Virus record (IMG/VR): IMGVR_UViG_3300037721_000072
Coordinates: 1 to 26,086 of that record
Strand: one strand, 5' to 3'
Source of the DNA: a virus
Taxonomy: Duplodnaviria; Caudoviricetes
DNA length: 26,086 nucleotides
Numbering within the stretch: position 1 is the stretch's first letter; each line of letters begins with the position of its first letter. Below the pieces are notes generated by a model. The model was not told where the DNA came from. It ran no database searches and saw only the letters and a list, made by a program, of their open reading frames with translations. The position numbers and the translations under genes were made by a program. Shown here one piece after another: positions 24,665-26,086 of the stretch.

Positions 24665-24773
24665 GAGTCTCCACCTTGCCGAGCTGCAACCTGGCTTGGT
24701 TTCCCCGGAGACTCAGGCCAACAGGCGGGGACCCTGCGACCGTCAGGCTAACCCTACTGGCAGTAGGGCAACC
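24664..24773 (-). ncRNA. Putative structured cis-regulatory 5' leader of the capsid operon
   Basis: Three closely spaced stems: 24773-24746, 24741-24716 and 24715-24664. The last pairs TGAGTCTCC with GGAGACTCA, which covers the SD and the A of ATG. Confidence 0.55.
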
Positions 24774-24782
24774 GATAGAAGC

Positions 24783-24811
24783 AGGGTATCTTATGACCCA
24801 CCACGCGGCAA
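24783..24811 (-). promoter_or_regulatory. Sigma70-like promoter TTGCCG-N17-TACCCT for capsid genes
   Basis: -35 at 24811-24806 directly after the scaffold stop, -10 at 24788-24783; lies in the largest intergenic gap of the window. Confidence 0.5.
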
Positions 24812-25699
24812 CTACTTTCTTGACATTTGCTTCAGGGCAGCCCGCTTGCCGGGGCCGTTAGCCCACTTCTGCCAAGCCTCTCGCGGTGGGAGCTTGTCGT
24901 ACAGCTCCTCTGCCATCTGCCTCTCTCGCTTGCCCATCTTCACGGCCCCGCCCTCGACATCACCTGAGGCGCCGCCCTGGGCAGACACTCCAGACAGACG
25001 GGCTCGAGTCGCGGCGTCGCCATTGGCAGTTGCTCGGCGAGGCTTCATGCCGTACTTGACGCGGGCCTCGTCTAGAATCTTCTCTGCCAAGTCCTCGGTG
25101 TCCGGCTGCCCCTCGCCCAGGGCAAGCTGCTGCCAGCGACCAATGGCCCAGTTCCTGGCCTTTTCGTTCTGGAATATATCTGAGTGCTTGGTGGTGAACT
25201 CATTCCACTTCCAGCGACGGTACATCTCCTGTTCGTTGACAGGCTGGCGCGAGGCTTCGGCTACGGCTGCCATCTTGGCCGTCTGGAGGGCCTGGGCGCG
25301 CTCTTCGTAATACGACTGCTCCTTCTCAGTGAGTCGCCGGCTTCCGGCTACGGACTCGTACTCCTTGTGTAACTGACGAGTGGCAGCGTCGATGTCCCGG
25401 AGGCGCTGGTGGTGGGGATTCTCCGCTTGGCGGCTCTGGTCCTGCGGGGTTGCGAGTTGGCGCTGGTGGAGAGCCCGGGCCTCTTGAGCATCACGGCGAG
25501 CCTCCTCGGCGGCCTTCTCAGCCCGTGCCGTGCGTTCCTCGAACTCCTTGAAACGATTGCGCTTTTTCTCCTCACGTGAGACTACCGGTACGGCAATCTC
25601 CTCGTTCCTGTCAGCAGGCTCCGGCGGAAGCTCTGGCTTCTCTTCAACTTCCTCTACTTCAGAACCCTCAACCTTATTGTCGTCAAACTCATCAGCCAT
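24812..25699 (-). CDS. Capsid scaffolding-like protein
   Basis: Acidic N-terminus, coiled coil and helical basic C-terminal tail; start MADEFDD at 25699 with GGAGG SD and TGATG overlap. Confidence 0.7.
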   Translation of the reverse strand: MADEFDDNKVEGSEVEEVEEKPELPPEPADRNEEIAVPVVSREEKKRNRFKEFEERTARAEKAAEEARRDAQEARALHQRQLATPQDQSRQAENPHHQRLRDIDAATRQLHKEYESVAGSRRLTEKEQSYYEERAQALQTAKMAAVAEASRQPVNEQEMYRRWKWNEFTTKHSDIFQNEKARNWAIGRWQQLALGEGQPDTEDLAEKILDEARVKYGMKPRRATANGDAATRARLSGVSAQGGASGDVEGGAVKMGKRERQMAEELYDKLPPREAWQKWANGPGKRAALKQMSRK

Positions 25700-26085
25700 C
25701 AGCTGTCCTCCGAGGGAACGCCTTGGGCGGGAGTCCAAGCTTTCCCGGTTTCGTCACAGTAAAAGTGCTCCGTTACGCCATCGACTTCTCGGGCAACAAT
25801 GCGCGCCTTTCGCGTCTTCAAAGCTTCGGCCAGCTCCTCCGAGTCGAAGATGTCCCCCGAATGCAAGATAACCAGCGATGGTTCCTTGCCGGCAATGGAA
25901 GGGAGCCGCTTTCGAAAAGGCGCCGTGTGGGTGAAGTGGACCGTGTGCCCGATATCGACCCCGTGTGAGCGGAGTTCGTCCAGTGCCTGGAGTCCCGCAG
26001 AAACGATGATGCCACGGGGGGCCTCGTTGCGTTCCCGGGCCTTGCGTTCGTCCGTTTTGACGATGAGCCCACCGCCGTAGGTCGC
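25699..26085 (-). CDS. Phage GroES/Cpn10-like co-chaperonin, 5' end outside the window
   Basis: Not in the ORF track. Manual translation ATYGGGLIVKTDERKARERNEAPRGIIVSAG...GVDIGHTVHF...IAGKEPSLVILHSGDIFD matches the GroES mobile loop and beta-barrel pattern, plus a C-terminal extension of about 47 aa. Confidence 0.78.
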   Translation of the reverse strand, partial: ATYGGGLIVKTDERKARERNEAPRGIIVSAGLQALDELRSHGVDIGHTVHFTHTAPFRKRLPSIAGKEPSLVILHSGDIFDSEELAEALKTRKARIVAREVDGVTEHFYCDETGKAWTPAQGVPSEDS

Positions 26086-26086
26086 C

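Larger units (their letters stand above)
1..26086. mobile_element. Tailed dsDNA phage/prophage genome segment with podovirus-like (P22-type) morphogenesis module
   Basis: Contiguous, translationally coupled capsid, tail, ejection, spike and lysis genes. There is no tape-measure, sheath or tube gene and no host housekeeping gene. Free phage versus prophage cannot be decided because no att site or integrase is in the window. Confidence 0.95.

Noticed and set aside
5832-26080. Numerous + strand and alternate-frame ORFs (e.g. 7200-7862, 8706-9392, 24612-25310)
   Set aside because: Shadow ORFs of GC-rich coding sequence that overlap well-supported, coupled genes and have no recognisable motifs
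1-26086. Host assignment (e.g. Myxococcota or another GC-rich diderm)
   Set aside because: High GC and P22-like architecture are only suggestive; nothing in the window identifies the host

Overview
The window is a 26-kb slice of a GC-rich tailed dsDNA phage (or prophage) genome with P22/podovirus-like architecture. No host genes, integrase, tRNA or CRISPR array are visible. On the minus strand, from right to left: a GroES-like co-chaperonin (truncated by the window edge), a scaffold-like protein, a conserved head protein, a decoration protein, the major capsid protein, three beta-helix spikes, gp4- and gp10-like tail proteins, seven probable ejection proteins, LamG and SGNH-esterase receptor-binding proteins, and a CHAP endolysin with two membrane proteins. 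At 1423-1481 two back-to-back sigma70-like promoters drive a leftward operon (XRE regulator, Zn-finger proteins, VRR-NUC nuclease) and a rightward operon of small hypothetical genes. Highlights: (i) an R-S-E ADP-ribosyltransferase domain with an atypical F-x-E motif inside the 999-aa ejection protein; (ii) four tiny G/Q/P-rich proteins carrying DPL[G/N] or NPFS micro-motifs; (iii) a potentially fully folded 5' leader that could sequester the RBS of the capsid operon; (iv) a compact divergent, apparently leaderless promoter switch. All family calls come from motif recognition by eye and gene order. No searches were run.
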